A stretch of 60,153 nt of DNA from Nitrospinota bacterium (lineage in GTDB: Bacteria > UBA8248), in the NCBI GenBank assembly GCA_030754595.1, contig JASLZZ010000098.1:1-60153 (forward strand), given 5' to 3'. Shown one piece after another: positions 59,580-60,153 of the stretch (position 1 is its first letter; each line of letters begins with the position of its first letter). The notes below the pieces were generated by a model that saw nothing but the letters and a program-made list of their open reading frames with translations, was not told the DNA's origin and did not search any database. The translations under genes and the position numbers were made by a program.

Positions 59580-59780
59580 CAAATTTTATGTTAACAAAAG
59601 TATTTATAAAACAATGGTTTAGCACTTCCCCTCTTTTTCGATACCATGCAATTCGACCACGCAAAACATGCCGGTACCTTTGCAGAGGTTAGGCGGCACG
59701 TTATTTGTTTTGACCGGTTTAGGATAGCCTGAAAGCCTAGCTTGCAGTGGGTTCGCCCCCGCCCCCCCCCTCAATCCGTT

Positions 59781-60153
59781 CTATTTCTGTGAGGCATCCC
59801 TTCCCGTCCCTAACCAATCACCCATTCCGGCCCAGCCATTGTCCTTATAGGTCTGATTTGGATAAGCAGGGATGTCTGCGGGCAATTCGCCAGATTTCGT
59901 GTATGCATTCCACTCAACCCCATTTTTCAGGTTCAGACTTCGTGCAAATGTTCGAGCTTTTTTGAAGGGGAAGTATTCTAACGACTTCAATTTGTTGGCA
60001 ACCGTTCCCGTTCCCAGCCAGTCGCCCCTAGAAATCCACCCCTTGTCCTTATACGTCTGGTTCGGATAGGCAGGGATATCTGCGGGTAAATTGCCTGACT
60101 TCGTGTATGCAAGCCACTCATCTTGCTTCTTGAGGTTTAAACTTCGGGCAAAT
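59781..60153 (-). CDS. 3' end of a protein with ~68-aa tandem repeats (integrase/helicase-associated repeat-like); starts beyond the window
   Basis: Open frame from the window edge: FARSLNLKKQDEWLAYTKSGNLPADIPAYPNQTYKDKGWISRGDWLGTG, repeated 204 bp later as FARSLNLKNGVEWNAYTKSGELPADIPAYPNQTYKDNGWAGMGDWLGTG. Confidence 0.85.
   Translation of the reverse strand, partial: FARSLNLKKQDEWLAYTKSGNLPADIPAYPNQTYKDKGWISRGDWLGTGTVANKLKSLEYFPFKKARTFARSLNLKNGVEWNAYTKSGELPADIPAYPNQTYKDNGWAGMGDWLGTGRDASQK

Noticed and set aside
59679..59758. Integron attC site (GTTAGGC core) or duplicated tRNA end (GGGTTCGCCCCC)
   Set aside because: No matching RYYYAAC/GTTRRRY pair with a long imperfect palindrome, and similarity to the tRNA 3' end is too short.

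Overview
GC-rich bacterial chromosomal segment. Positions 1-49.8 kb are a patchwork of catabolic and redox genes: an amidase, three acyl-CoA-dehydrogenase-fold (ACAD) proteins, four SDRs, two aldo/keto reductases (AKR), an LLM oxidoreductase, a molybdo-hydroxylase large subunit, an iron-containing ADH, a DHDPS-family aldolase, a MetE-like Zn enzyme, an MBL-fold protein, two M24-fold proteins, Liv- and Dpp-type ABC components lacking ATPases, an orphan DctP and a GntR regulator. Next come a core LysR-gltB-gltD locus, a GAF protein, a metallophosphoesterase and tRNA-Ser(GGA). An AT-richer segment with a 68-aa-repeat protein follows and may be the edge of an island. I found no CRISPR array, transposase, integrase or rRNA. 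Two patterns stand out. (1) Gene decay: five in-frame stops of all three types, a 17-bp duplication frameshift, a truncated CapA gene, a Gfo/polyferredoxin deletion chimera and intergenic gene remnants. (2) Intact enzymes with altered active-site motifs: ACADs lacking the catalytic Glu (one with a nitroalkane-oxidase-like DGGN motif), an MBL with three ligands changed to Asn, an M24 fold lacking canonical metal ligands, and a DctP without a signal peptide. The best novelty candidates are the H-x-(A/D)-G ACAD group with its putative GntR-linked catabolic cluster and a membrane-anchored 20-aa-repeat protein with an HxH tip. I cannot demonstrate a complete new system from sequence alone. All family calls come from motif recognition by eye, not database searches.
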